The notes beneath the pieces are model-generated. The model did no database searches, had not been told where the DNA came from, and was given only the letters and a program-made list of their open reading frames with translations. Position numbers and translations under genes: made by a program. From positions 62,001 to 126,000 of the forward strand of contig JALDZS010000042.1 in the NCBI GenBank assembly GCA_022813965.1: a stretch of 64,000 bases of DNA, given 5' to 3'. Shown piece by piece: positions 48,333 to 60,568 of the stretch. Position 1 is the stretch's first letter. Every line of letters begins with the position of its first letter. The DNA comes from Toensbergia leucococca (taxonomy: Eukaryota).

Positions 48333-48353
48333 TAGTGCTCCAAAAGCACTTAA

Positions 48354-48370
48354 CACGAAAACAGCGCGAA
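48354..48370 (+). promoter_or_regulatory. SCB/MCB-like G1/S elements upstream of ASF1
   Basis: CACGAAA (48354-48360) and GCGCGAA (48364-48370), about 130 bp upstream of the ASF1 ATG; both match the SBF/MBF-type consensus C(A/G)CGAA(A). Confidence 0.45.
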
Positions 48371-48494
48371 TAACACGCTTTCAAACTCCATTCTTTCTTC
48401 ACCTGCATTCGAGGACTGAGTTTCAACCTCTCCACAAAGGCACGCAAGAACCAGGCTCAAAGTCTCGCCACATCAAATCACATCCATTGCCAAT

Positions 48495-49570
48495 ATGTCC
48501 GTTGTATCATTACTAGGTGTCAAGGTTCTGAATAACCCAGCCAATTTTAATGCCTCTTACCAATTCGAAATTACATTTGAGTGCCTAGAACCATTGCAAA
48601 AAGGTACTGACAGACTCGCTGGGTAGAAGCTTCTGAAAGACAGTACTGAGACATCAACGCAGACCTCGAGTGGAAGCTCACTTATGTGGGATCGGCAACA
48701 TCGTGAGCTCCCTGTTTGTCCAGACGACACTCAGTCGTCCATCTTCTCAACAGCCTGCGCTTACACGTTGCAGTTCTGAGCACGACCAAGAACTTGATTC
48801 CCTACTCGTCGGACCTATTCCAGTCGGCGTAAACAAATTCATCTTCGAGGCAGACTCTCCAGATCTGAAGCGAATCCCTACCTCGGAAATCCTAGGCGTT
48901 ACCGTCATTCTACTCACATGCAGCTACGATGGCAGGGAGTTTGTTCGTGTGGGATACTACGTCAACAATGAATACGATTCCGACGAGCTAAACGCCGAGC
49001 CACCTGCGAAGCCCATCATCGACCGTGTTAGGAGGAACGTACTTGCTGAGAAGCCCAGAGTCACTAGGTTCGCAATCAAATGGCAAGTAGCGCACAAAGG
49101 TATCTTCCTACACTCCCGCTCATGTTAGTCGTTATAGGGACACCGAGGACTCCGCGCCAGCCGAATTCCCCCCTGAGCAACCCGAAGCCGACACCGTCGA
49201 AGACGACGGTACCGCCTACGGCGCCGAAGAAGAAGAATTAGAAGAAGCGCTCAAAGAAGCCGAAGCTGAAGTCAAACCCGACGGCGACGGCGAAGACGAA
49301 GAAATGGCCGGCGTCGACGACGCAGCTGGCCCCTCCCACGCCGCCACAACCAAAGCCGAAGAATCCGACGATGGCAGCGAGGATCTAGAGGCCGAAAGCA
49401 GTGGCAGCGAGGACGAGGAGATTGAGGAAGAGGAAGGCGAAGGCGAGGGCGAGGGTGACGGAGATGAGGATATGGAAATGGCGGATGATGGCGAGAAGGC
49501 TCCTGAGGCCGTGGGGCAGAATCAGCAGCCGATAGGGCAGCAACCCAATGGGGAGGTAATGGTGCACTAA
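48495..49570 (+). CDS. ASF1: Histone H3/H4 chaperone Asf1, 4 exons
   Basis: [16 protein letters not shown]...[45 protein letters not shown]...[14 protein letters not shown]...[12 protein letters not shown], followed by an acidic tail. Confidence 0.96.
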
Positions 49571-50225
49571 AGAATTGCGCCCATCTTATTGGACTCAAAT
49601 GGGTATCTACTACTTTGGCGTTACGACTCTCGTAGGCGTTTGGAGGTCACGTTTGGTCTAGTCCTCTGGTAGATTTGTACACTATCAACAAAGCAAAGTT
49701 CCTCCATTTCTCCAACCCACCGTCTTTAAAACGCGTCATCCCATCCATGAACGTGGTCCGCAAACCCTCTCGTCAGGCGAAGCCCTAGCCGAGCAAGCCG
49801 CAAACGAACTTCACTTTGCCAGCACACACGCCACAGGCCCTGCAAGCTATCACAGCGAATGGCATCTTCTCCACACGTATTTGAGTTTGTTGTTGTTGTT
49901 GTTGACCCATTGTCTTCTGCGTCAATGCCCATGCAACTTGTCTTTGTGCGTGTAGTGGTGATTGAAATGAACAAAGAGGAGTCTGTTGTATTCTTGCCCG
50001 GGCATGAAAGCCTTTCTTTGATTCACCAAAGCCCAACATTGACATCTGCTTATCAATTCACAGCCCATCAGCCCCAACATAAAGACTCCTCAAACACACA
50101 GAGAAAAAGAGAAAACAATCCCTTCTCGCAAACCTCAAAAAGCCCCAGCTCCTTCATCCACACACTATCTTCTCCAGCACCCAGCTCAGCAAACTACCAC
50201 TCCACACAAAAGCAAACCTAAAAAC

Positions 50226-50564
50226 ATGACCCTCCCAACCTACACCTGCACCCACACCGCGCCCCCCTTCCCCAACACCCCGCACCTTCCCATCCCCATA
50301 CCCCCAACTCTCCCCTTCCCGTGCCGCACCTGCGCCCACACTCTCGCTCTCAGCGCTGTGAATGACATCCGCGCTAAGTACAATGCACAGATTGAGGATT
50401 TGGATCTGAGGATCCAGATTGGGGGGGAGAGGCTGTGGTATCAGTATGAGGAGCATTTATGGCGGGGAAGGGAGGAGGCGAAGAGGAGGGTTGCGCTGTT
50501 GAGGGAGACGAGGGACATGGAGGTGGCGGGCGCATGGGCGGGGTGGAGAGAGAGGTGGGAGTGA
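50226..50564 (+). CDS. Small hypothetical protein (112 aa) with CxH...CxxC and a helical C-terminus
   Basis: Good Kozak context (AAAAACATGA); YTCTH...CRTC followed by a charged coiled-coil-like segment. No family recognised. Confidence 0.5.
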   Translation: MTLPTYTCTHTAPPFPNTPHLPIPIPPTLPFPCRTCAHTLALSAVNDIRAKYNAQIEDLDLRIQIGGERLWYQYEEHLWRGREEAKRRVALLRETRDMEVAGAWAGWRERWE

Positions 50565-50790
50565 TCTTGGGTGGTTTCGTTGTGCAAAGGTTTTCTGGAA
50601 GTTGGGTCGGTCTTTTGGAGCAGACGTTTAGCCTAGGATTATTTTTGAGGTATGCATGCATTCGCGGCTTCTTTTGGGGGGAAAGAAAGGAATCATTGTG
50701 GCGTTTCTTGGCTTGCAAGTCTGACATTTATTGTCACAATATGTCAGGAGCGTAAAAAGTTTGATTCATCTTTTGTGGTGTCCATGTATC

Positions 50791-53700
50791 CTAGATTCCA
50801 AGCTTGCTGGTAATGACTATGAGATTCCTCGTCAGCCTACGAGTATGAGTCTAGCTGTCAGAATAGAAGCGCGACTTACTTCCTTTCACAGCCTTCCTCT
50901 TCTGATCTTTGATGAAGGTGTTCACGTCGTCCGCCCAACCCATACTAGTCTCCTCGAGCTTGTCCATCGAATCGCCCATTATACCTAAGTTTTCCGTGCG
51001 TTCTTGCATTTGGCGTTGCATATATGCCCAGTAGCCCTCACTTTGGCCTCCAGCGCTAGAAGAAGATGAGTGACTTGCCATTTGCTTTTGGTAGTCCTCG
51101 GACCGCATTTGTTCAATCATCCTTGTTGATGGCGGTCTTCCTGAACCCCCGACTATTACAAGTTAGCTTGTTTATTAATCAGAAATGCTATACTTACTGA
51201 GAACGTCCATGTCAGTAGGCGAAACGTATTGAGTGCCTGATATCCACTGTATATTCGATATCGTAGGCCTTGGAGGGATTAAAGCTCCAACATTGAAAAG
51301 CTTGTCCTGTGAGTGCGTCCTACCTTAATGTTAGCTTCTTCTGCGATCAATCAGTAGCTTACTAGACACCTACAAGTTCTGCCCGGTACCCCAAACATTT
51401 AATACCGTTATCTCAGAAGGGCCAGTCCATCCAAAAACATCCCCACTATCCGATATAACAGCTTCCGAAAACCTTCTCACGTCGAGAATGTGAGCTACTT
51501 TTGATGAAGCAATCTGCTTGAGTCCAGGTATTGAGTATGCCTTGACGCAGCCATCCCCAAAAAGGCCCACCAACGCATAATTAGTACCTCCAAATCTGAC
51601 AACGTTTGCGCAATCGCATACGTAGTCATCCCAGGTTCTTTGAGCTCCTTTGGCAGCTGCAGGTTTGAAAATCCTGGCACCTGACCGACTTACCACAAGG
51701 AGAACGCCATTGACTTTGAACCCATTGCGAAGACCAGACACGACAGACGGAGTAGCATCAGCAGGTTCCCCTGTATTGGCGTTAATGGGGGAAATGGAAA
51801 TTATTGCATCGTCCAGGGATGAAAGTCCTGCAAGTTTGACAGCATAGCCACCATGAGATTCTGGAAGAAGCTTAAAGGTCATTAGCCGCCCACGACTAGT
51901 CCCAACAAACAGTAGTATGCTCGAATAATCTGATCAAAGTTAGGACACTGGAGAAGCCTTTCTCCCTGAAACCTTACCTTCTCCGTCAAGACTCATGACT
52001 CCAAATTCCATGGTCGTGGGCCACTCCGACTGCCTTTGGGTGTTACTGTTGCTTCTTCGAAAGCTACCACGCCTGCTCTCTTTGGCATGATCACTCAGGC
52101 CTGCGTTATAGATGACTGCTGGCCCTCTGAGGTCAATAATCGCTATGTTACCTCCTTCAAATCCCGCTCCAACAAAGCCAACATCGCTGACTTTGACGAC
52201 GGTCACTTTCCCTTGCTGGTCGTCTAGCAGGGTAAGCGGAAGTAAACCTTCCTTCAGCCCAGGTTCTGCTCGGTCTATGATTTTCTCCAGACCGAAGGCT
52301 GATGCGCTCACATGAGGCATGTCTCGGCCAAAATGCTGGTTGACACCCCAACGAAAAATGACGACCTCTCCGGTCTTTAAGCCAGCTGCAAGCTCTCCTG
52401 TAGCTCCAGACATTGAGGTCGTAGTGATTGTAATGTTTTCATAGCGTCCAAGAGCTCGAGCCACATCGGCCTGTATCACGTCCTCGTTCTCAATTTCATC
52501 TCCGTGTCCTGCATCCCATGCACGTATCGTACCATCAGCATGAGATGTTTGCATGATGTTCCGGGTTCCAAAGCGTTTTATGGGATGTGAAGCTTCAGCC
52601 CCTCCTTTGAGGATTAGTGGACCATGTGAACGTTTCTCTGTCATGCCAAGCCAGCGGGTCCGATCAACAGAGGCAAGCGCCATGCTATTGACGAAAGGAT
52701 GAACATACGTTAAAGAAACATGGAGCTGGTTTGTAGGGGTGATTGGATTTCCAGAAGGGAAACTTAGGGAGACTATTTCTCCGGATGCGAGAAGAGATAT
52801 GACAGCGACAGGATCGTTAGAGCCAGCAAAATGAGGCGACTTCCGCGGTATAAGGCAGAAGTCGACCACTTCAGCATTTGGTGGCGTTGGAAGGACATGT
52901 TGCCTTTTCGGCTTTTCAAAGAGGTCAGACAAAATCTGCCACGAGGAAGTAGAATAATTGGGTGTAGGCCCGAGATCGAGGAATGTTAGGCCTTTAGTGG
53001 GCATTGTCGTTGATGTTCCACCGGCAATAAGAATGCCAGTATCGTCTGGGTTCTCTTTCGAGCACCACGCAATGCGACACAGGGGCTCCTTCAGAGCAAA
53101 GGTTCCGGGTGTAGATCCGAAGGTGCCCGAGGCAGACCCAGGTTTGTCGACGTTGGTGTCTTGTAAAGTTCTTGCCATGACGATTCTGCCATCCCTCGAA
53201 TCCCAGACCACTAAGCTTGAATCATCATGCCCTGTCAGCATAAAAGTACCTGTTGGGTGCCAGAGAGCATGGGTCAATCGTGGATGACGCACGCCTCTGA
53301 CAGAGGTCGGATCCGAATCACCTCCAGGTGCGCCTGGCTGCAAGGTATACTGGAAAAACTTCATTGACTTGTTTTGCTTGAAGGAGAAGATGACGGCACC
53401 TTCGGAATAACCGATGAGCAATGAACCAACGTCTCGGGGGTGATAAGCCAGGGCCACGACAGGAAGGAGGCGAACTCGTGGATTGTGGTCCTTCCAAAGA
53501 TTGGAAATTTTGAAAGGCGCCAATCCTTGTCGATCTAGGTCGTATGCAATAACATCACCTTGACTCGATCTTAGTATGTTGCTTAGCATTTAAGGCTGAC
53601 AACATCCTCACCCACCATTCTGCAAGCCGATCAAGGCATAATCTAGCGCGGGATCTGTCAAGAGGGCGGTGACTAGGCCTGGCAGGGAATAGGAGGCCAG

Positions 53701-54093
53701 GACTTGGGCAGATTCCAATGAAAAAATGGCAATTTCATTCTTGGAGTCGACGCTAATGAGCTTGTCTGCACAAAAGTGTAGTCTTTTAATAGAGGCTTTT
53801 TTGGGGGTAATAAAGGTGACGGAGACACGCTTCTGTCCAAAAACGTAGATCTGGCCCGTACCATGTTGAGTCTCGTTGGTACCGAGGGCGAAGAGAGATT
53901 GAACAGGATCGTATGCTAGGGCACTGATGTGGGAGTTGATGCCATATCGTGCTACCTATAGGAGCTAGTCAGACGAGACATGGCTATTCAGGTTAGTGAG
54001 GAAAACTTCATCGATTGCGAAGAGGTCGGAAGACAATCCGGCAGAGAAATCATTCTGTATACCAGCTTGCTTGCCTCGCAGGAAATGGGCCAT
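50791..54093 (-). CDS. SRO7: Sro7/Sro77 (Lgl/tomosyn family) WD40 exocytosis regulator, multi-exon
   Basis: MAHFLRGKQAGIQNDFS, RYGINSHISALAYDPVQSLFALGT, HPRDVGSLLIGY, WHPTGTF, IIDLRGPAVI; C-terminal R-SNARE-like ERTENLGIMGDSMDKLEETSMGW; last exon IITSKLGI* ends at 50791. Confidence 0.9.
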
Positions 54094-54545
54094 GAGGTGC
54101 TGGTGTGTTTAGATTGGGCTGCAGCTATAAAGTAACATGGCTGAAGCGCAGGATTCTTGGGTCTCGAATTGCTACGAGGGTCAAGAGCTTTGGAAGCGAC
54201 GTGGTTAGGCAAGTAGACGATTCTAGTAGCCGTTAGATAGGCGTTGATGAGATTGCTTGTACGAGTACGAGTACCTAATGTAGTCACTGGAGGTAGTCAC
54301 ATGCAAGGCGACGGATGGAGCCCTAAATGGACGCTTAGAATAGCTGGCGATCATCCGCGGTTCCGGTTAATTCCTCGATCTGCCGACAACGAAACGGGTA
54401 TTCTAGACTGGGTACGAGTATTCTATGAGTATTCTATTCTTCGTAGAATACATGTTGAGTCGTTTTCTCTCATTGCATTTGACATTTAAATCACCCATCT
54501 CATGCCTTTGTGACATTCTCACCCATCCCTCTGGACTCCAACACC

Positions 54546-56844
54546 ATGGCGTCAGACATTAGAGCCTCGGAGTTGAAAGACCCTGTCGATGTTGCAGAGT
54601 ACCTGTTCCGCCGACTGCATGAAGTTGGTATCCGGGCAGTACATGGAGTAATATTGGCCTGCTTTCATCGTGCTGAAATACTCCCAGCTGATAGACTAGG
54701 TTCCTGGCGACTATAACCTCGTGAGTCGTTCATATATCTCCTACCTTTCCATTCTTCATGCCTCTGTTTCTTGAAGTGCATCTTAAGTGAGGAAACTTCG
54801 ATTCATATTCTCCTTTCTGTAGAAAATTTCTCTGATCAATGTCTGTCCATTCCCCAACATCTCTCAACTTCACCAAGACTTCCTTTACTCTGTTACTCAT
54901 TCATTCCGGCATTGAGTATTGAAAAAAAACCACCTAGATTTTCTCCGTTCTTTTCATATTACACATTGCACCAGAAGCCAGGAGCTTACCCTTTTACCCA
55001 GGTAGCTCTCGACTACATAGACAAGACAGGTCTCAACTGGGTTGGAAACTGCAATGAGCTCAACGCCGGTATTCATATTCCAAGACCCTTCTAACGTCCA
55101 GGCCTAACAACGGTCAAGGCTACGCAGCAGATGGCTACGCTCGCGTCAAAGGCATCTCAGCCATAGTAACAACCTTCGGCGTCGGCGAACTATCCGCCAT
55201 CAATGCAATCGCAGGTGCCTATTCCGAATACGTGCCAATTGTGCATATCGTCGGCACACCCTCAACCATCTCTCAGCGGGACGGCATGCTCCTACATCAC
55301 ACGCTTGGTAACGGCAATTTTGAGGTATTTGCAAACATGTTCCGAGAGATTTCTTGCGTAACGGCCAAATTGAATGACCCGCATGAGGCGGCAATGCTCA
55401 TTGACAACGCCATTCGGGAATGCTGGGTTCAGTCTCGACCTGTATATATTGCACTACCGACCGACGTAGTCCAAAAGAAAATCGAGGGCGAAAGACTAAA
55501 GACTCCCATTGACCTCAGCTTTCCCATAAATGATGCCGAAAAAGAAGATTACGTGGTGGATGTAGTATTGAAGTATCTACAGGCAGCGAAGAACCCCATC
55601 ATTCTGGTCGATGCCTGCGCAATCCGTCACCGCGTCCTCGACGAAGTGCACGAGCTGATTGAGAAATCGAACCTCCCCACCTTCGTAGCCCCGATGGGGA
55701 AAGGCGCAGTTAATGAGTCCCTACCCAGCTATGGCGGCGTCTACGCCGGTGACGGAAGTGATTCCAGCGTCCGGGAACGAGTCGAGGCAGCGGACCTTAT
55801 CCTCAGCATCGGCGCCATCAAATCCGACTTCAACACTGCCGGCTTCACATACAGAGTCAGCCAGCTCTCGACCATTGACTTTCACAGCGAATACGTCCGC
55901 GTCCGCTACTCCGAGTACCCACACGTCAGGATGCAAGGCGTACTGAAAAAGGTCATTGCCAAAATGGGCAAACTCAACGTCGAATCCGGGCCTTTACCCA
56001 ACAACGAAATCGCAAAAGAAGACCAAGACATGTCCGAAGACAACCAGATCACGCACGCCTGGCTCTGGCCCCGAGTCGGCCAATGGCTGCAGCAAAACGA
56101 CATCGTCATCACCGAGACCGGTACCGCCAATTTCGGCATCTGGGAAGCTAGATTCCCCAAAGGCGTCACAGCTCTTTCCCAAGTCCTCTGGGGCTCAATC
56201 GGCTACTCAGTCGGCGCATGCCAAGGCGCAGCACTCGCCGCCAAAGAAACCGGTGACACCAGACGTACTATTCTCTTCGTTGGCGACGGCTCCTTTGAGT
56301 TAACTGCACAGGAGGTCAGCACCATGATTCGCCACGGCCTCAGGCCTATAATGTGAGAACGAACCCGACATCTTCTAAAACAAACTCTACAGAAATGATC
56401 AACGGAACGCTAATTTATCATCCCCTTGATACTAGCTTCCTTATCTGCAACGGTGGCTACACCATTGAGCGCATGATCCACGGCATGACGGCATCTTACA
56501 ACGACATCCAAGAATGGCATTACAAAGACCTCGTTTCCGTCTTCGGCGCCGATCCCAAACACTCCAAAACCTTCCAGGTGAAAACAAAGCAAGAGCTTCA
56601 CGACCTTTTCAACGACAAGGAATTTTCTGCCGCGCCGTATCTGCAGGTACGCCCTTCTCCCCCACCCCATTGGCTTTCTCTTCTTTTCTCTTCTTGCACA
56701 TATGTTTGCGTGTGTATACATGTAGACATTTTCGCTGATAAAAAGCAATCTCAGTTCGTCGAGCTCTACATGCCAAAAGAGGACGTGCCCAAAGCGCTCA
56801 AATTGACGGCTGAGGCGTCGGCGAAGCTGAACGCAAAGGGTTGA
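54546..56844 (+). CDS. PDC1: Pyruvate decarboxylase (ThDP-dependent), 6 exons
   Basis: [12 protein letters not shown]...HG|VPGDYNL|...[49 protein letters not shown]...NGGYTIER. Confidence 0.96.
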
Positions 56845-57362
56845 GACTTGAGAAGACTCGGGACCTTTCGGCACTCATGCAACTCGAGATGTCTGGTAGG
56901 CAACGAGAGAGGAACTGCAATGCTAGATGAACGAAAGAAATGCTTGCTTTTATGATATACATGACATCAGTCAGTGCGGGAAGTCATAGGCCTTGCCGAG
57001 AGCAGTTGTTTTTTTTAGTAGCGTAAATAATCAAAAAATCAATTCAACAGCTCATGCGCCCATTGCAGCAGTGCCGTCTGGATGTAGGCATTTGGTTCTG
57101 ATGGGTGGTAGAGAAATGAAATCTTCATTGAGGTAGTTGACTTCATATATTGACTTGCGTTGAAATCTAACTCGTTATTCTTGCTTGACATTTCCTCGGA
57201 AGGCCCATGACTGGTGGCAATAATTCAACTTCTCTGACTTGATCAATGAAGGAGATGGCTGTTTTCTTTTCCTTGCAAGCTGTAGCTCCATATATATACA
57301 TATCACACGAACCTCGAGACCCGAATCTCAAATGCCTCGACATTCGTTCCAGTATCCCAAAA

Positions 57363-60266
57363 TCACCCCCCTCCGAGCTCCACTCTCCTCCCCAACAAAC
57401 CCCTCGCCTCGCCCTCACTCAACTCCTCCAAGCCCAATTCCCCCAAAACCTCCCTCCCACTCTCGTTACTCCTAAAAACCCTCCGCTCAACCTCCCACAG
57501 CCCCATCTCCCCCTCAAACGGCAGGCCCAACAGCACCAACGCCTCCGCCATCTTCTTCATATACCTTCCCCCCTGCCCCTCTCCAAGATACCGATCCACC
57601 ACTTCCCAGATCGCCTGCACGTCGCGGGTAAACTGGGCGATGCCGGCGGTGGAAAAGGAGTTGCGCATAAGGATATGGTCCCAGAGGAAGTTGGAGATTG
57701 CGGCGGCGAGTTGGGAGACGATGCGGCGGAAGGGGGCTTTGGCGAGGATGGGGAAGAGAAAGGAGAGGTAGGTGGATAGCTGTTGCATGGTGTTGTCGAG
57801 TTCAGCGGTTAGGGCCAAAGACGACGCGTTCGTAGCGTCTGGGGATAAGGATGACCAGGGATTTATGCGTCCGTACGGCCGGAGCGATTCCTGGATGTTG
57901 TAGATCAGCATATCCCGCATGATAGTCTCGGTTCTAATGTGCAGTCTCCTATAAGCTCCTGCAGTCTCGTCAAAAAGTGCTCCAGAATCCTCTTGCGAGC
58001 CTACGGCGCTTGAGGTCCTTTCAGCCACATCCACCATGCTCATGGGACCAGCAATATTGTTCCCTGTGTTCCGTCTCGCACGATCTTGCAGTTCGTCCCA
58101 TAGTTCGACAAAGAAGACATCGTCGCTCCAGTCTCGCATCTTCTTCTCCAGATACTCAGCGCTGCCGTAGACACGGCAGAGCCTCTCAAGACCGCCAAGC
58201 CCCTGCAATTGGGCTTGATCTTCTTTGGACACGCCTTGGACGGTACGGCCGATTGAAGAAGTGAGACTTAGGTAGGCTTCTAGAGAGGAGCTGAGGCGGG
58301 AGTGAAACCTGTCAAAAATGGCGATTTGGATATCAATGAGGAAACGGAGCTTTTGGGAGAAGGATGTCAATAGGCGATAGCGGTCTATGATTCAAAGTTT
58401 TAGTATAGCGTGCTTTCTTTGATATTCCAGGGAAGTAGTCAAACCTGTCACTGTTTCGAGTAGGTCGTTAACTCTGATTGCAGCTTTTGTTGGTTTGGTC
58501 GTACCCGAATCGACACCATCATAGTCGATCTCCCCACTCTCAGTAGTATTGATAATGGTCTGATATCTAGACAAGGCGACTACGCAATCGTCAGCACCAA
58601 CACAAGCTTCCGTGGTTCGACGCTGAAGTAGCACTGACAGTCTTTCTCCACTTGTAGCCATTTACTGAACCATTCTTTTTTCACGAGGATTTCCCAGGTA
58701 AGGCCATTCCAGCCCTCTGCACCACAACCTCCATCATAACCCCAGTCTTCCTTCAGCATATGGTCAAAATTCATGAGTTCGTGTAGGAAATGACTTATCA
58801 GTTGCGGTTGCTTCTCTATCTGCGGTAAGAAGGTAGATATCTTGCGGCGCAGCATTGGCAAAAACGAGGTTATTAGTGCAGAGGTAGAGTCGATGTAAAG
58901 GGGATTTGATGCAAGATTTGTTCCCTGAAAATGCTTGCGCAGTATCGGCTGTAAGTAGACCACGAAAAATTCGTTATGAGTATCCAATAAGCCGAGAATG
59001 TGCGAAAGGAAATACTCCGGCTGAATTAATCAGTTCGGTTTAGCTTTTGGAAAAGATTGATGACTTGCTCTGTTCAATTTATTGGTTGGCCTTTGACCCT
59101 CAAAGTGATATGTGAAGCGTAGCTCCAGGGGATTGGCCATCACCTCTAGGGGAAGTAGCACTAACGGGTCTCTGGCGCCGGCGTGGTCCTCACGGTCAGT
59201 GTCCCGAGCATTGAGCTCCCTGGTAAGAATTATGTCAAATTAGCATTGACATAGAACAGTCGCCAACAAAGACAAGAACTAGGAAGAGAGACTAACAAAA
59301 AGAGTCATGCACAGCGGGAAAGGATTTGTAAGAACGTGATCAAAAAAATGTGCTTTAGTTGATATTAAATTACTATCGTTGCGAAGCCTATAAGGGGTGC
59401 AGCATCTCGGGTAGAGAACGAGACCAGGAGAACCGTTGTATCCATGAAGGAAACTTCTTACGTACGGTTCTTGCAAATCTAAGAGCTTCTCAACACCCGC
59501 AGTCCACTCTTCCTTCAACCTCCCTGCCAGATTGACGTCTTTACTGGGCCATTTCATCTTGGTCAATGTTCCCTCAAATTCGCCGGAAAAGGCACTCTTC
59601 ATCTGCTCCCAGAGCGTTGCAGCCGCCGTTTCCACATGATCTACTAGGTGAGGAGCAGCGCCTTCAGCAGCAGGCTGAGCTTCCGTAAGGAAGGTGACCA
59701 GATTCTGCAGTCGAACATATGGTTGCAAAGCTGCCTGCGGCGACACTTGAAAATTCCGACGAGCCTCAGAGCTTTACTAGTGGTGTCAGCATGACGGATG
59801 TGATTATATTTCACGCTGGGCTGTAGTACCTCAGCTTGTCGACCTCTGCAAGTAGCTCAATATATCCAGTAGCGACATCAAGGCGTCGTAGCTTCTCCAT
59901 GCTCGAAGCGAATTTTCGGATTGCATCGTCACTGGTCTCGGATTGGGTGACGATAAGTAGACGTCTATCCACGTCGGCTTGTTGCTTGCTGAAGTTCTTT
60001 GCTTGCTGCAAGACGCTGGCCGAATGAAATCTTGATGCTTCGCTAGCATTTTTGAGAGTCAGTTCTGCTTCTCGAAGCTATTATATTATTAGCTTTGCCC
60101 AATGTCTAGTCGGTGCACTAATATGTCGAGAATAAGGTACCTGCTTCTTAAGTACTGCTTGTTGATTTTTGACATTGTCCAGCAGAAAATCCAGGTTCTC
60201 TAGATCAGCGGTTGTCTGTAGCTTGTCATTAAGGTAGTCTACAGCTCGTACGTCTCTATCTTCCAT
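57363..60266 (-). CDS. TIP20: RINT-1/Tip20 family (Dsl1 complex) protein, multi-exon
   Basis: VDYLNDKLQT..DLENLD, LPLEVMANPLELRFTYHFEGQRPTNK, SHFLHELMNFD, WLQVEKD, VNDLLETVT|DRYRLLTSFSQKLRFLIDIQI, LCRVYGSAEY. Confidence 0.88.
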
Positions 60267-60568
60267 TTTTGTAGCGAAGAGGGAAGCCGACAGTCTTTGG
60301 GTTCATTTGAATTTTTCTTCCTTTGTCTGCATGTTAAATATCCAACCGCCGACTTTCACGCACTAGCTTAAACATCTACTCTATGACGTATTGTTTATAT
60401 AGAGCTACCACTTTTCCACTTGTCTATTCTACAGGGTAGGTATCATTGGTGGTACGAAAACAAATGAGAATACTGATGAATCCGTACCACAGACCTTCTC
60501 GAACCGACCTCTGCTAGATTCATACGCACTCTCACCCTGATGTCTACGTTGTGCTTCAAATCTCCAGC

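Noticed and set aside
38741..49570. Argonaute-RNA14-ASF1 as a functional silencing gene cluster
   Set aside because: These are ordinary adjacent housekeeping genes; adjacency alone is not evidence of a shared pathway without synteny or co-expression data.
54721..55001. TPP riboswitch in the long intron of ThDP-dependent PDC
   Set aside because: The hallmark CUGAGA and CCUGAU...AUN..GCG motifs were not found.
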